This document shows, piece after piece, positions 35,235 to 45,359 of a DNA stretch of 64,000 bases. The stretch comes from an uncultured Actinomycetes bacterium (GTDB lineage Bacteria > Actinomycetota > Thermoleophilia > RBG-16-64-13), in the NCBI GenBank assembly GCA_963706025.1, contig CAVPLM010000003.1:704001-768000 (forward strand), read 5' to 3'. The notes beneath the pieces are model-generated. The model did not search any database, was not told the origin of the DNA, and worked only from the letters and a program-made list of their open reading frames with translations. Position 1 is the first letter of the stretch. Each line of letters opens with the position of its first letter. Position numbers and translations under genes: made by a program.

Positions 35235-36402
35235 ATGGCTGAGAAGATAGAGAGACAGACTGCGTCCCTTGCCGAGTACCGAGAGCTTCTGGCGGTTTTC
35301 CGCCAGAAGCTCCTCTGGGCAAGGGACTATCTTTGACCCGGATACGCTGAAGCGCGATATCGCCGCCCTTGAGGAGGCGATGCGCGCCCCCGACTTCTGG
35401 GACGATCAGGGCCACGCCCAGGCTCTGAGCACGCGCTACAGCCGGCTGCGCAGCCGCTTGGAGGACTTCGAGCAGCTCGCCTCCCAGGTGGACGACCTGG
35501 AGACACTCCTGGACATGGCCGGTGAAGAGGGTCCCGGCGACGAGGTGCCCGAGGAACTCGAGGACGAGACCGAACGGGTCGCGACCGCGATCGGTCGGAC
35601 GGTGGAGCACCTGGAGGAACAGCGCCTCTTCATGGGGGAGTTCGACGCAGGCGACGCCATCGTGAGCATCCACCCTGGAGCGGGAGGTACCGAAAGCCAA
35701 GATTGGGCGGAGATGCTCCTGCGCATGTACCTGCGCTGGGCCCAGGCGCGGGGCTTCGCGGTCGAGTTGAACGAGGCCTCCGAGGGTGACGAAGCCGGTC
35801 TCAAGAGCGCTACCTTCACCGTGCACGGCGAGAACGCCTACGGGCTGCTCTCCGCGGAACGAGGAGTACACCGCCTGGTGCGGATGTCGCCCTTCGATGC
35901 GGCCAGCCGGCGGCATACTTCCTTTGCCTCGGTGGACGTCGCTCCGCTCATCGACGGCGAGGTGGAAGTGGACATCGATGAGAAGGACCTGCGGGTGGAG
36001 ACCTACCGCTCTTCGGGTGCGGGAGGTCAGCACGTCAACAAGACCGACTCGGCGGTGAGGATCACCCATGTCCCCACCAAGACGGTCGTCCAGTGCCAGA
36101 ACGAGCGCTCTCAGATCCAGAACCGGGAGACCGCCATGCGCATGCTGCGCGGCAAGCTGCTCCTGCTCGAGCACGAGAAACGCGAGCAGGAAATGGCCCG
36201 GGAGAAAGGGGAGCAGAAAGAGATAGCCTGGGGTAGCCAGATCCGCTCATATGTGCTTGCCCCGTACACCTTGGCGAAGGATCATCGCACCAACCTGGAA
36301 AAGGGCAATGTGGACGCCGTTCTCAATGGTGCGATAGACGATTTCATACGCGAGTTCCTTTGGCAGAGGTCCACTGGGAAACTCGGGAAACCGACGGCGT
36401 GA
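35235..36402 (+). CDS. prfB: Peptide chain release factor 2 with programmed +1 frameshift
   Basis: ATG 35235 frame ends AGG GAC TAT CTT TGA C (CTT 35331-33, TGA 35334-36); +1 frame continues DPDTLK...SPF...GGQHVN...WGSQIRSY. Confidence 0.97.
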
Positions 36403-36542
36403 CGGAGCGTCTCATAGCTCACGAGGCCGATTTGATGATCGAACTGCTGCCGTCCGGTTCGGCAGGTGCAGGTACGGGAGGCTTTTGTGGAGCATTGCAG
36501 AATACCCACAAGATGCCCACTAACGGAGGTTGAAGGTATCAC

Positions 36543-37226
36543 GTGATCAAGTTCGAAGACGTCACCAAGATCTACCCCCCCAGTACCATCGGTCTGGAGA
36601 AGGTCAGTCTCCATATCGAGAAGGGGGAGTTCGTCTTTCTCGTGGGGCCCTCCGGCTCCGGTAAGTCCACTTTCATCCGCCTGCTCATCCGCGAACTGGA
36701 GCCCGACCGGGGCCGGGTCTCGGTAGGGGGTCGCGACCTGGCCACCCTCCACAGATGGAAGGTCCCGTACCTGAGGCGCAACATCGGCTGCGTGTTTCAA
36801 GATTTCAAGCTGCTTCCGAACAAGACGGCTTTTGACAACATCATGTACGCCCTGGTGGTCACGGGCAGTGCCTGCGGCGCCTCCAAGAAGAAGGCGGCTG
36901 AGATCCTGTCTCTGGTCGGCCTGGGTCACAAGTCCGGCAGTTATCCCAACGAGCTTTCGGGCGGGGAGCAGCAGCGGGTGTCGATAGCCCGGGCGTTCGT
37001 CAATCATCCGCCGTTGCTCATCGCGGACGAACCTACCGGCAACCTCGATCCCGACACCTCGATGGGGATCATGCAGTTGCTGTACCGCATCAACAAGACC
37101 GGCACCACCGTACTCATGGCCACGCACGACCGGGAGATGGTGGACCGCATGCGCCGCCGGGTGGTGGCGCTCGACGCGGGTAGAGTGGTGCGCGATCAGA
37201 AACGAGGCGGCTATGGGGAGGATTAG
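36543..37226 (+). CDS. ftsE: Cell division ATP-binding protein FtsE
   Basis: GPSGSGKST, VFQDFKLL, LSGGEQQRV, DEPTGNLDP. Confidence 0.96.
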   Translation: MIKFEDVTKIYPPSTIGLEKVSLHIEKGEFVFLVGPSGSGKSTFIRLLIRELEPDRGRVSVGGRDLATLHRWKVPYLRRNIGCVFQDFKLLPNKTAFDNIMYALVVTGSACGASKKKAAEILSLVGLGHKSGSYPNELSGGEQQRVSIARAFVNHPPLLIADEPTGNLDPDTSMGIMQLLYRINKTGTTVLMATHDREMVDRMRRRVVALDAGRVVRDQKRGGYGED

Positions 37227-38097
37227 CTTCTTCTTCAAGGAGGCCTTCGGGTCCCTACGACGCAACTACTTCATGACCATCGCCGCCTTGGTGACGGTCT
37301 TCCTTTCGATCGTGGTGCTGGGCGGGGTGCTGGTGTTCGTCTACACCACCGATGCCCTGCTGAAGGAAGTGGAGGAGAAGGTTGAGATCACGGTCTACCT
37401 GTTGACCGATCCCGACCCCGATGCGACCGCGGTCGAGGCCATGACCTCCGAGATCATGAGTTGGTCGGAGGTCAAGAGCGTGGTCTACGTGAGCAAAGTC
37501 GACGCCCTCGAGCGGCTCAAGGAGGATTTCAAGGACAATCCCGAGATCCTCGAGAATCTCAGAAGTAACCCCCTTCCGGCCTCGTTCGAGATCGCTCTTG
37601 TGGATCCGCAGGCGGTCGACACCGTGGCGGCGCGCTTCGAAGGCGATCCCATCGTCGACGAGGTCCGGTACGGCAAGGAGATTGCCGACAAGCTCTTCGC
37701 CTTCACCTCTCAGGCGCGCAACTTCATGCTCATCTTCATCGTGCTCCTGGGGATCGTGGCCATCCTTCTCATCTCCAACACCATCCGTCTTTCGATCTTC
37801 GCCCGCAAGCGTGAAGTGGAGATCATGAAGCTGGTGGGGGCCACCAACTGGTTCATCCGCTGGCCGTTCGTGATCGAGGGGGTGACGGTGGGCTTCCTGG
37901 GAGCGGCAGTCGCGGCGGCGGTGGTCCTGGCTCTCAACGCATACCTCGTGGACAGGATACGAGGCAGCCTGCCCTTCATGGCCGTTCCCCTCGACGCCGT
38001 CCCGTACGTCTTGGTCATCGTCATCCTGCTTGCGGTGGGGGTCGTGATCGGGGCAGCCGGCTCGGGGATCGGGCTCCGGCGCTTCCTCAAAGTCTGA
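37213..38097 (+). CDS. ftsX: Cell division permease FtsX
   Basis: NPLPAS, NTIRLSIFARKREVEIMKLVGATNWFIRWPF. Confidence 0.96.
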   Translation: MGRISFFFKEAFGSLRRNYFMTIAALVTVFLSIVVLGGVLVFVYTTDALLKEVEEKVEITVYLLTDPDPDATAVEAMTSEIMSWSEVKSVVYVSKVDALERLKEDFKDNPEILENLRSNPLPASFEIALVDPQAVDTVAARFEGDPIVDEVRYGKEIADKLFAFTSQARNFMLIFIVLLGIVAILLISNTIRLSIFARKREVEIMKLVGATNWFIRWPFVIEGVTVGFLGAAVAAAVVLALNAYLVDRIRGSLPFMAVPLDAVPYVLVIVILLAVGVVIGAAGSGIGLRRFLKV

Positions 38098-38147
38098 GCC
38101 GGCCTTCGCCGATCTTGTTGCGACCCTAGAGCAAAGAGAGACAAAAC

Positions 38148-39473
38148 ATGTCAAAGAGCGCCAAGATAGTACTGTTGGCGGTGGCCGGTCTGGTGGCCGC
38201 CATCCTGCTGGTCTCAGGGGGGATCCTCGTGGGGCTCAACCCCGATGTCCGCGGGGCGCTCTACGACATTCTGCCCGGCGGCTTTTTCGGGTCCGCCGGC
38301 TCGAGTGAGAACTTCGAACTGCAGCAGGAGGTGCTCGAGAGGCTCGAGTCCTCTTTCTACAAAACCGTTGATGCAGGGGCGCTCGAGCCCGGGGCCATCG
38401 ATGGCATGGTGGCAGGTCTGGACGATCCGTACACGGTCTACATGGATCCCGAGGAGTACGCCGCTTTCCAGGAGCACACTTCGGGGTCCTACAGCGGTGT
38501 AGGGATGACGGTGGAGATGAAGGACGGTCTCGTCACCATAGTCTCTACGTTCAAGGGCAGCCCCGCCGAGGAAGCCGGCATCGCGCCGGGGGACATCATC
38601 CTGGCCGTCGACGGAGTCTCGACCGAGGGCCAGAATCTCGACGAAGTGGTGGCCGGGATCAAAGGTCCAGAGGGCACGACCGTCAACTTGACCATCTATC
38701 ACCCGCCGGTCTCCACGACGACCACGGTTGCCGGGACGGACGGCGGCGGTGGCGAAGAGGATACCGCGGGCTCCACTGAGGACTCCACGGCCGACGTGTC
38801 CCAGATCCCCCCCGGAGGGGAGACCCAGGAATACACCCTCACCCGCATGAGCATCGAGGTGCCGGTGGTGGAGAGCGAGATGCTGGATGTCGAGGGCGAG
38901 AAGGTGGCGCTGATCAGCTTCTACACCTTCTCCGACGGGTCGGCGGCTCAACTCCGGGGCGAGGTGGAGCGAGCGCTGCAGGGTGAAGGCGTGGCTGCGA
39001 TCATCCTCGACCTGCGCAGCAACGGCGGCGGGTTGCTCGACGAATCGGTGGAGGTGGCCAGCATCTTCATCTCGGAAGGAGTGATAGTCTCGACGGAAGG
39101 GCTGCATTCGCCGGAACAGGTCTACTATGCCGAGGGGGTAGCCTACACGGACATCCCTCTGATCGTGCTGGTGGACGAGTACACCGCCAGCGCCTCGGAG
39201 ATCGTGTCCGGGGCCCTGCAGGATCACGAGCGGGCTTCCCTGGTGGGCGAGACCACTTTCGGCAAAGGCCTGGTGCAGAGCATCTCGGCGCTCAGCAACG
39301 GGGGAGCCTTGAAAGTGACCACGGCGGTCTATCTGACACCGGACGGCCGGGACATCAACGATACCGGCATCATCCCGGACGTAGTCGCTCCCGACGATCC
39401 TGAGACCCCGGTCGACGAGGGAGTCGAGGCCGCCAAGCAGTTGATCACCGGTACCACTACCGCCACGCCCTGA
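38148..39473 (+). CDS. S41 family C-terminal processing protease (CtpA/Prc-like, PDZ)
   Basis: LDDPYT, GVGM, DLRSNGGG, TASASEI, TFGKG, GIIPD. Confidence 0.95.
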   Translation: MSKSAKIVLLAVAGLVAAILLVSGGILVGLNPDVRGALYDILPGGFFGSAGSSENFELQQEVLERLESSFYKTVDAGALEPGAIDGMVAGLDDPYTVYMDPEEYAAFQEHTSGSYSGVGMTVEMKDGLVTIVSTFKGSPAEEAGIAPGDIILAVDGVSTEGQNLDEVVAGIKGPEGTTVNLTIYHPPVSTTTTVAGTDGGGGEEDTAGSTEDSTADVSQIPPGGETQEYTLTRMSIEVPVVESEMLDVEGEKVALISFYTFSDGSAAQLRGEVERALQGEGVAAIILDLRSNGGGLLDESVEVASIFISEGVIVSTEGLHSPEQVYYAEGVAYTDIPLIVLVDEYTASASEIVSGALQDHERASLVGETTFGKGLVQSISALSNGGALKVTTAVYLTPDGRDINDTGIIPDVVAPDDPETPVDEGVEAAKQLITGTTTATP

Positions 39474-39485
39474 GCCCGGTCCAAG

Positions 39486-40514
39486 GTGGGGGGCTCGCGC
39501 GGGAAACGACGAAGCGCGGGGGATCCGCCTCCCTCCGTCGGTGGGCGGGTCGGGGGGCCATGCGGCGGATCGTCTGAAGGGCCCTTCGAGGCGCGGTCCG
39601 GCTATCTTCCCCGCTTCTTCGTAGACCCGGAGCTTTCATCAGCCCCATTCTCCTCGTCGCCGGTCCCGCGGACGGACCGGTTGGGGAACGAGCTGGTGCT
39701 CGATCCCGACGATTCGCGCCATGCGCTTCGGGTACTGCGGCTGGGGGTGGGCGACGCATGCGAGGTGGTGGTGACGCCCGCCGACCGCGGGTCGGGCCCG
39801 ACTGAGGGTCGCGGAGCCCCGGCCGGGGAGCGCGGGGGCGTGGCTGAGGGGCCCGAGGGCACGGCCTACCTGGCCACTGTGACCCAGGTGACCGGCGAGG
39901 TGCGGGTCGAGTTGTTGGCTCGACTGGAGGGAAGACAGGCAGGGGCACGTTACGCGACTACCGTGGGCATAGTGCAGGCCCTGACCCGTCCGACGGTAAC
40001 AGACTACCTTCTGGAGAAGGGGACGGAGGTGGGGGCCAGCTTCTTCTTCCTCGTGCCGGTCGCCGGATCGACTCTCCGGTCCGGGTCCTTGCAGGGCGCG
40101 CGGCTGACTCGATGGCGCCGGATCGCCCGAGAGGCGGCCAAACAGAGCAAGCAGCTCGCGGTGCCGCCCGTCGAGGCGCTGGGTTCCATCGAAGAAGCAC
40201 TTGACCGTCTGGGCCCGGGAACGTTGTCGCTGGTCCTAGAGCCGGGGGCTTCCGGCGGCCTGTACGACGCAGTGGCTACGGCGTGGGCGCGGGAAGGTCC
40301 GGCTGAAGGCGCGCGGGCGGCGCAGCGGCCCCCCGGGCGGCCCGCGCGCCTCGTCCTCTGGGTGGGTCCGGAAAGCGGTTGGACCGCGGAGGAATTGGAG
40401 CAGTTGACGGCGGCGGGCGCGGATACGGTTAGACTGGGGCAGAGCGTGCTGCGCGCCGAGACTGCGGGACCGGTGGCGGTGGCCGTGGCCCGGCTTGCGC
40501 TGGGGGATTGGTAG
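39486..40514 (+). CDS. rsmE: 16S rRNA m3U1498 methyltransferase (start uncertain)
   Basis: HALRVLRL, EKGTEVG, EAAKQS, VGPESG, LGQSVLRAETAG. Confidence 0.9.
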   Translation: MGGSRGKRRSAGDPPPSVGGRVGGPCGGSSEGPFEARSGYLPRFFVDPELSSAPFSSSPVPRTDRLGNELVLDPDDSRHALRVLRLGVGDACEVVVTPADRGSGPTEGRGAPAGERGGVAEGPEGTAYLATVTQVTGEVRVELLARLEGRQAGARYATTVGIVQALTRPTVTDYLLEKGTEVGASFFFLVPVAGSTLRSGSLQGARLTRWRRIAREAAKQSKQLAVPPVEALGSIEEALDRLGPGTLSLVLEPGASGGLYDAVATAWAREGPAEGARAAQRPPGRPARLVLWVGPESGWTAEELEQLTAAGADTVRLGQSVLRAETAGPVAVAVARLALGDW

Positions 40515-40528
40515 TATAATCACCGGTC

Positions 40529-40870
40529 ATGGATGATTGCCTGTTCTGTCGGATCGCGAGCGGGGAAATACCAAGCGACAGAGTCCTCGAGGACGATACC
40601 TTCGTCGCTTTTCGCGACATAAATCCAAAGGCCTCTCAGCACGTACTGATCGTACCGCGAGAGCACATCGTTTCGCTCAACGATGTAGGTCGATGGGAGA
40701 ACTGCGAGGGGGATGCACTTCTCCAGTTCATCGTGCGCGTGGCCGACCATCTTGGGATCGGCGAGACCGGCTACCGGGCGTTGGCGAATGTCGGCCCCGA
40801 CGGTGGGCAAGAAGTACAGCACCTGCACTTCCACATCCTCGGCGGGGAAGATCTGGGTGATTTCCGATGA
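40529..40870 (+). CDS. Histidine triad nucleotide-binding protein
   Basis: DCLFCRIASGEIP, AFRDINP, GQEVQHLHFHILGG; TATAAT at 40515-20 implies a near-leaderless mRNA. Confidence 0.95.
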   Translation: MDDCLFCRIASGEIPSDRVLEDDTFVAFRDINPKASQHVLIVPREHIVSLNDVGRWENCEGDALLQFIVRVADHLGIGETGYRALANVGPDGGQEVQHLHFHILGGEDLGDFR

Positions 40871-41313
40871 GCATCTTGTCGGGTCTCCAAGAGTCGGTCA
40901 ACGCGGCCCTGAAAGCCGGGGACAAGGAGCGCGTGGGCGTTCTTCGCATGATCGTTTGCGAGTTGCAGAAGGAAGCCAAGCAGGCCGGTCACGAGCTGGA
41001 TGAAGCCGCCGAACTCCTGGTGCTGAGGCGCGAACTCAAGCGCCGGCAGGAGTCGATCGAGGCCTTCCGGGCCGGAGGGCGCGAAGATCTCGTGGCCCAC
41101 GAGGAATTCGCCTTGCACATCATCGAAGGATTGCTGCCCGAACAGTTGGATGAGGCCGAACTGACCGCCCTGATCGATCAAGCCATCGCGGACACCGGTG
41201 CGACCTCCGCGCGGGATATGGGCAAGGTGATGGCCGCGGTCATGGCCCAGGGTGGAGTCAGGGTCGACGGCAAAGTGGCATCGCGTCTGGTCAAAGAGCG
41301 TCTATCCGCGTGA
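40867..41313 (+). CDS. GatB/YqeY domain protein
   Basis: KRRQESIEAF, LPEQLDE, DMGKVM, DGK. Confidence 0.93.
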   Translation: MSILSGLQESVNAALKAGDKERVGVLRMIVCELQKEAKQAGHELDEAAELLVLRRELKRRQESIEAFRAGGREDLVAHEEFALHIIEGLLPEQLDEAELTALIDQAIADTGATSARDMGKVMAAVMAQGGVRVDGKVASRLVKERLSA

Positions 41314-41369
41314 AACGGGTTCGGGGGGCCTCTGTGGGGTTCACGGACGGTCATGGGGGGAGTAGCGGC

Positions 41370-42419
41370 TTGAGTGCTGAAGGCTCCACCAAGCAGATCG
41401 ACCTCGACAATCGCGCGGCGGCGTTGCTCGTCGGGGAGCACGACACCTACCTTCGCACTCTCGAGGACCTGTTGCAGTGTGACATCAGCCTGCGCGGGAA
41501 CCAACTCACTCTCGAGGGCGAGGCCGCGGAGGTGGAGCGTGGGGGGTTGCTGGTCGAGGAGCTTCTGGCGCTGCTCCGCTCGGGCCAGGAGCTCGATCTG
41601 TCCACCCTCGAACTCGCAGCTTCGCTGAGCGCAGGCGATCCTGGCTGGGCCAAGGATCTGGACAGTATCGTCAGCGACGTCATCCTCGAGCACCGAGGGC
41701 GCCGTATCCGGCCCAAGACCGTCAACCAGAAGACCTATGTCGATGCCATACGCAACAACACCATCACGTTCGGCATCGGACCGGCCGGCACCGGCAAGAC
41801 CTATCTGGCCATGGCCATGGCCACCTCGGCGCTACTGTCCGGTGCCGTGGCCCGCATCATCCTCACCCGACCTGCTGTGGAGGCAGGGGAGAAGCTCGGT
41901 TTCCTTCCCGGCGGCCTCATGGAGAAGGTGGATCCTTATCTGCGTCCCCTCTTCGACGCCCTCTACGACATGATGGACACGGACCGGCTGACCGATCATC
42001 TTCAACGAGGTACGATCGAGGTGGCTCCGCTTGCATACATGCGGGGCCGCACTCTGAACGACTCCCTGATCATCCTCGACGAGGCCCAGAACACCAGTCC
42101 GGAGCAGATGAAGATGTTCCTGACCCGCCTGGGTTTCGGGGCCAAGATGGTGGTCACCGGTGACATCACCCAGATCGATCTGCCTCGAGGTCAACACTCC
42201 GGCCTGGTCAACGTGCGCGAGGTGCTGGCCGGCATTCCGGATATCGCCTTCGTGTACTTCGACAGTCAGGATGTGGTGCGGCACAAGCTCGTGCAGGACA
42301 TCGTGTCGGCGTACAAGAAACACGGCGAGGAACACCAGCCGGCCCGCAAAGCGACATCCCGCGGGGCGGAGAACCGACGTCATGGCGGCCGGAGGAGCGG
42401 CGCCGCGGCCGGTTCATAG
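41370..42419 (+). CDS. phoH: PhoH family ATPase
   Basis: GPAGTGKTYLA, RPAVEAGEKLGFLPG, YMRGRTL, DEAQN, GDITQIDLP; TTG 41370 after GGGGGAG. Confidence 0.95.
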   Translation: MSAEGSTKQIDLDNRAAALLVGEHDTYLRTLEDLLQCDISLRGNQLTLEGEAAEVERGGLLVEELLALLRSGQELDLSTLELAASLSAGDPGWAKDLDSIVSDVILEHRGRRIRPKTVNQKTYVDAIRNNTITFGIGPAGTGKTYLAMAMATSALLSGAVARIILTRPAVEAGEKLGFLPGGLMEKVDPYLRPLFDALYDMMDTDRLTDHLQRGTIEVAPLAYMRGRTLNDSLIILDEAQNTSPEQMKMFLTRLGFGAKMVVTGDITQIDLPRGQHSGLVNVREVLAGIPDIAFVYFDSQDVVRHKLVQDIVSAYKKHGEEHQPARKATSRGAENRRHGGRRSGAAAGS

Positions 42420-42436
42420 ACGCCGCCACACATCCC

Positions 42437-44101
42437 ATGAATCGATACAGTTTTCGGCTGCGAGAGCGGCTGGCAGACTACCGAGAGTGGATCGAAAACC
42501 GCGATCGACGCAGATTCGAACTGGTGTTGCTCGCCTGCCTGGTCGTCGGCGTCACGGTGCTTATCTGCTCCGCCTATCTGCCCGGCCTCCAAGGCGTCCG
42601 GGAGGGCAGCGCGGCGCGCACGGGGTGGGGGGTCTATCTGGGCGTCTTCCTGGTGGTACTGCTGGAGGCGGCTACGTTCTCGCTGCTGCTCCATCGCTTC
42701 AACAGGACCAGGACGCCCGCGCTCGACAACAACCTGCTGCTCGCGCTCGTGGTCTTGCTGGTGGGCGCCACGCTGGTCTCCCGGCTGCTGATAATCCCAC
42801 CCCTGTCGGCGTACATCATCCCGGTCGCTACTCTGGGCATGGTGGTGACGGTCGTGCTCAATGCGCGCAGCGCGCTCCTGCTCGTCGCTTTGACCTCTCT
42901 CAACATCGGATTGCTCACAGACCTGGACATGCGCTATTCGCTGGTAGCCCTGCTGGTCGGTGCGCTGTCACTGTATCTCGTGTCCCGGGTGGCCCAGCGG
43001 GGGGCCATACTGGGAGCGGGCGCGGCGGCCATGGGTTTGGCGGCTCTCACCATCTTCAGCGTCGAGGTGTTCACCGAGGCTTCTCTTGGCGAGGCCCTGC
43101 AGGCCAGTGCCTGGGGCCTCGCGAACGGATTCCTGGCGGGCGTGCTCACCGTCGTCCTGCTTCAGTTCATGGAGACGGTCTTCAACCTCACCACTCCTCT
43201 GCGATTGCTCGAGCTGGCCAACCCCGCCCATCCCCTGCTCAAGAAACTGATGCAGGTTGCCCCCGGCACCTATAACCACAGCATCATCATGGGCAACCTG
43301 GCCGAGGCCGCCGCCGAGGCCATTGGAGCCGATCCGCTACTGGCTCGGGTGGGAGCCTACTACCACGACATCGGCAAGACGGTCCGGCCGGAATACTTCG
43401 TAGAGAACCAGATCTACGTGGACAATCCGCACGACCAGCTGAGTCCCAGTCTGTCCAAGCTGGCGATCACCGCGCACGTCCGGGATGGGGAGCATCTGGG
43501 CAAGGTGTACGGGCTGCCGGCGCCGGTAATTGGCATCATCAAGCAACACCACGGCACTTCCGTGCTCGCCTACTTCTATCACAAGGCCCAGGAAGCCGCG
43601 AAGGACCAGGTCTACGAGGAGAGCTACCGCTACGAGGAGCAGAAACCCCGGTCGAAAGAGGCGGCCATCATCATGCTGGCCGACAGCTTGGAGGCAGCCG
43701 TGCGGACCATGGAGAATCCCACGCGCCGCAAGATCCAGGGGCTCATCCAAGAGATCATCAAGCAGAAGATCCAGGACGGCCAGCTCGACGAGTCGGAACT
43801 TACACAGAGCGATCTACACAGGATCGAGGAATCCTTCGACCTGAGCCTGCTCGGCCTCGTGGGCCATCGGATCCGCTATCCCGAGAGTAACGGCAGACCT
43901 GGCGGTCGTCCCCCGAGCGGCGGGGACGCCGCGCCGGCAGAAGCTCCGATGGCCGGGGGGCAGGCCGGGAATCTGGGCGCGCCCCGACGCAAGAGGCCGT
44001 CCCTACCGCCCAGCGCCGCCGCTCTCAAGGCCGAGAGCGCCGCGACCAGCGCCGCAGCTCCTGCGGCCAAGACGGGCGACAGCCCCGAGGACCTGCCGTG
44101 A
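42437..44101 (+). CDS. 7TM-HD phosphohydrolase (PgpH/YqfF-like cyclic-di-AMP phosphodiesterase family)
   Basis: TM bundle then APGTYNHS, YYHDIGK, YFVENQ, HHGT, IMLADS; phoH-ybeY position. Confidence 0.88.
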   Translation: MNRYSFRLRERLADYREWIENRDRRRFELVLLACLVVGVTVLICSAYLPGLQGVREGSAARTGWGVYLGVFLVVLLEAATFSLLLHRFNRTRTPALDNNLLLALVVLLVGATLVSRLLIIPPLSAYIIPVATLGMVVTVVLNARSALLLVALTSLNIGLLTDLDMRYSLVALLVGALSLYLVSRVAQRGAILGAGAAAMGLAALTIFSVEVFTEASLGEALQASAWGLANGFLAGVLTVVLLQFMETVFNLTTPLRLLELANPAHPLLKKLMQVAPGTYNHSIIMGNLAEAAAEAIGADPLLARVGAYYHDIGKTVRPEYFVENQIYVDNPHDQLSPSLSKLAITAHVRDGEHLGKVYGLPAPVIGIIKQHHGTSVLAYFYHKAQEAAKDQVYEESYRYEEQKPRSKEAAIIMLADSLEAAVRTMENPTRRKIQGLIQEIIKQKIQDGQLDESELTQSDLHRIEESFDLSLLGLVGHRIRYPESNGRPGGRPPSGGDAAPAEAPMAGGQAGNLGAPRRKRPSLPPSAAALKAESAATSAAAPAAKTGDSPEDLP

Positions 44102-44580
44102 GCATCGTGATAGAAGTGGTCGACGAGACCGATTCCGGTATTTCCACGGATGGGGTGGCCGAACTGGTCCGCTCGGTCCTCGATCGTGAGGGAGCTCAGG
44201 GAGCAGTGGTCGTCGCGCTCGTGGGTGAACACGTGATCACGGAACTCAACGGCCGCGACAGGGGTCTGACCGAGCCCACCGACGTCCTCTCATACTGCGC
44301 CGAAGACGATGAGATCAGCTGGCCCACACCGCTTCCTGAGGGTGACTTCGCACCCGAGCTGGGCGAGGTGATCGTGTGCCCGGCGGTGGCACGCCGCTAT
44401 GCGGAAGAGGGAGGCTGCGAATCGAGCAGCCAACTGGCGTGGACAATAATCCATGGTGTTCTCCATGTCCTTGGATACGATCACGAGCGGGATGAGGGCG
44501 AGATGCGCCGGCGGGAGCAGGCCCTTCTGGCGGAACTGGGCCCCTTGGCGAGTGCCCTCTCTCTGCCGCCGGACGATTGA
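44098..44580 (+). CDS. ybeY: rRNA maturation endoribonuclease YbeY
   Basis: PTDVLS, LGEVIVC, HGVLHVLGYDH. Confidence 0.94.
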   Translation: MSIVIEVVDETDSGISTDGVAELVRSVLDREGAQGAVVVALVGEHVITELNGRDRGLTEPTDVLSYCAEDDEISWPTPLPEGDFAPELGEVIVCPAVARRYAEEGGCESSSQLAWTIIHGVLHVLGYDHERDEGEMRRREQALLAELGPLASALSLPPDD

Positions 44581-44607
44581 GGCCGGTCCGGCGTTGAGGA
44601 CCCGAGT

Positions 44608-45330
44608 ATGACGCCGGAGCGTGGGAAGACGACCCTGCTGCAGAGTTTCAACCATGCCTTCCAAGGCATGGTGTACGCGGTCCGGCATCAGCGAAACATG
44701 CGCATCCACATGGGCGTGGCTCTGGTCGTACTGGTCGCCTGCATCTTTCTGAACGTCTCTCGTCTGGAACTGGTCATCGTCTTTGCTACCATCGCCTTTG
44801 TCCTGATGGCCGAGCTCGTCAACACGGCTGTGGAGGCGGCGGTAGACATGATGACCGACGAGTTCGACCCTCGGGCGAAGATAGCCAAAGACATGGCCGC
44901 CGCGGCGGTGCTCATCGCCGCGATCAACGCTCTGGTAGTGGCCTACCTGGTGCTGGCCGATCGGCTGGCAGACGTCTCGCTGGAGCTTCTGAGCGCTATC
45001 CGACGGTCTCCCGCACACCTGACCATCGTTGCCCTTGCGGTGGTGGCAGTGGCCGTGGTCGTGGTCAAAGCCACTCGGGCGAAGGGGACCCCACTTACCG
45101 GAGGTCTGCCGTCGGGCCACGCCGCTGTCGCCTTCGCCGGGTGGACTGCGGTCACCTTTGTGGTGGGGGCGTCTCCCCAGGGGCTCTTGGTGAGTGCGAT
45201 CACTTTCGTCATCGCGGTCCTGGTGGCCGAGAGCCGGGTGGAGACGGGCGTACATTCACTGCTGGAGGCGGTTCTGGGGGCGCTGTTGGGAATCGCCGTT
45301 ACCACGCTGATCTTCCAATTGTGGTTCTGA
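44608..45330 (+). CDS. dgkA: DgkA/undecaprenol kinase fused to a PAP2 phosphatase domain
   Basis: SFNHAFQG, ELVNTAVEAAVD, AKIAKDMAAAAV; then PSGHAA and SRVETGVH. Confidence 0.88.
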   Translation: MTPERGKTTLLQSFNHAFQGMVYAVRHQRNMRIHMGVALVVLVACIFLNVSRLELVIVFATIAFVLMAELVNTAVEAAVDMMTDEFDPRAKIAKDMAAAAVLIAAINALVVAYLVLADRLADVSLELLSAIRRSPAHLTIVALAVVAVAVVVVKATRAKGTPLTGGLPSGHAAVAFAGWTAVTFVVGASPQGLLVSAITFVIAVLVAESRVETGVHSLLEAVLGALLGIAVTTLIFQLWF

Positions 45331-45359
45331 CCGGATAGTGGTTCTGAACGGAGGGACTG

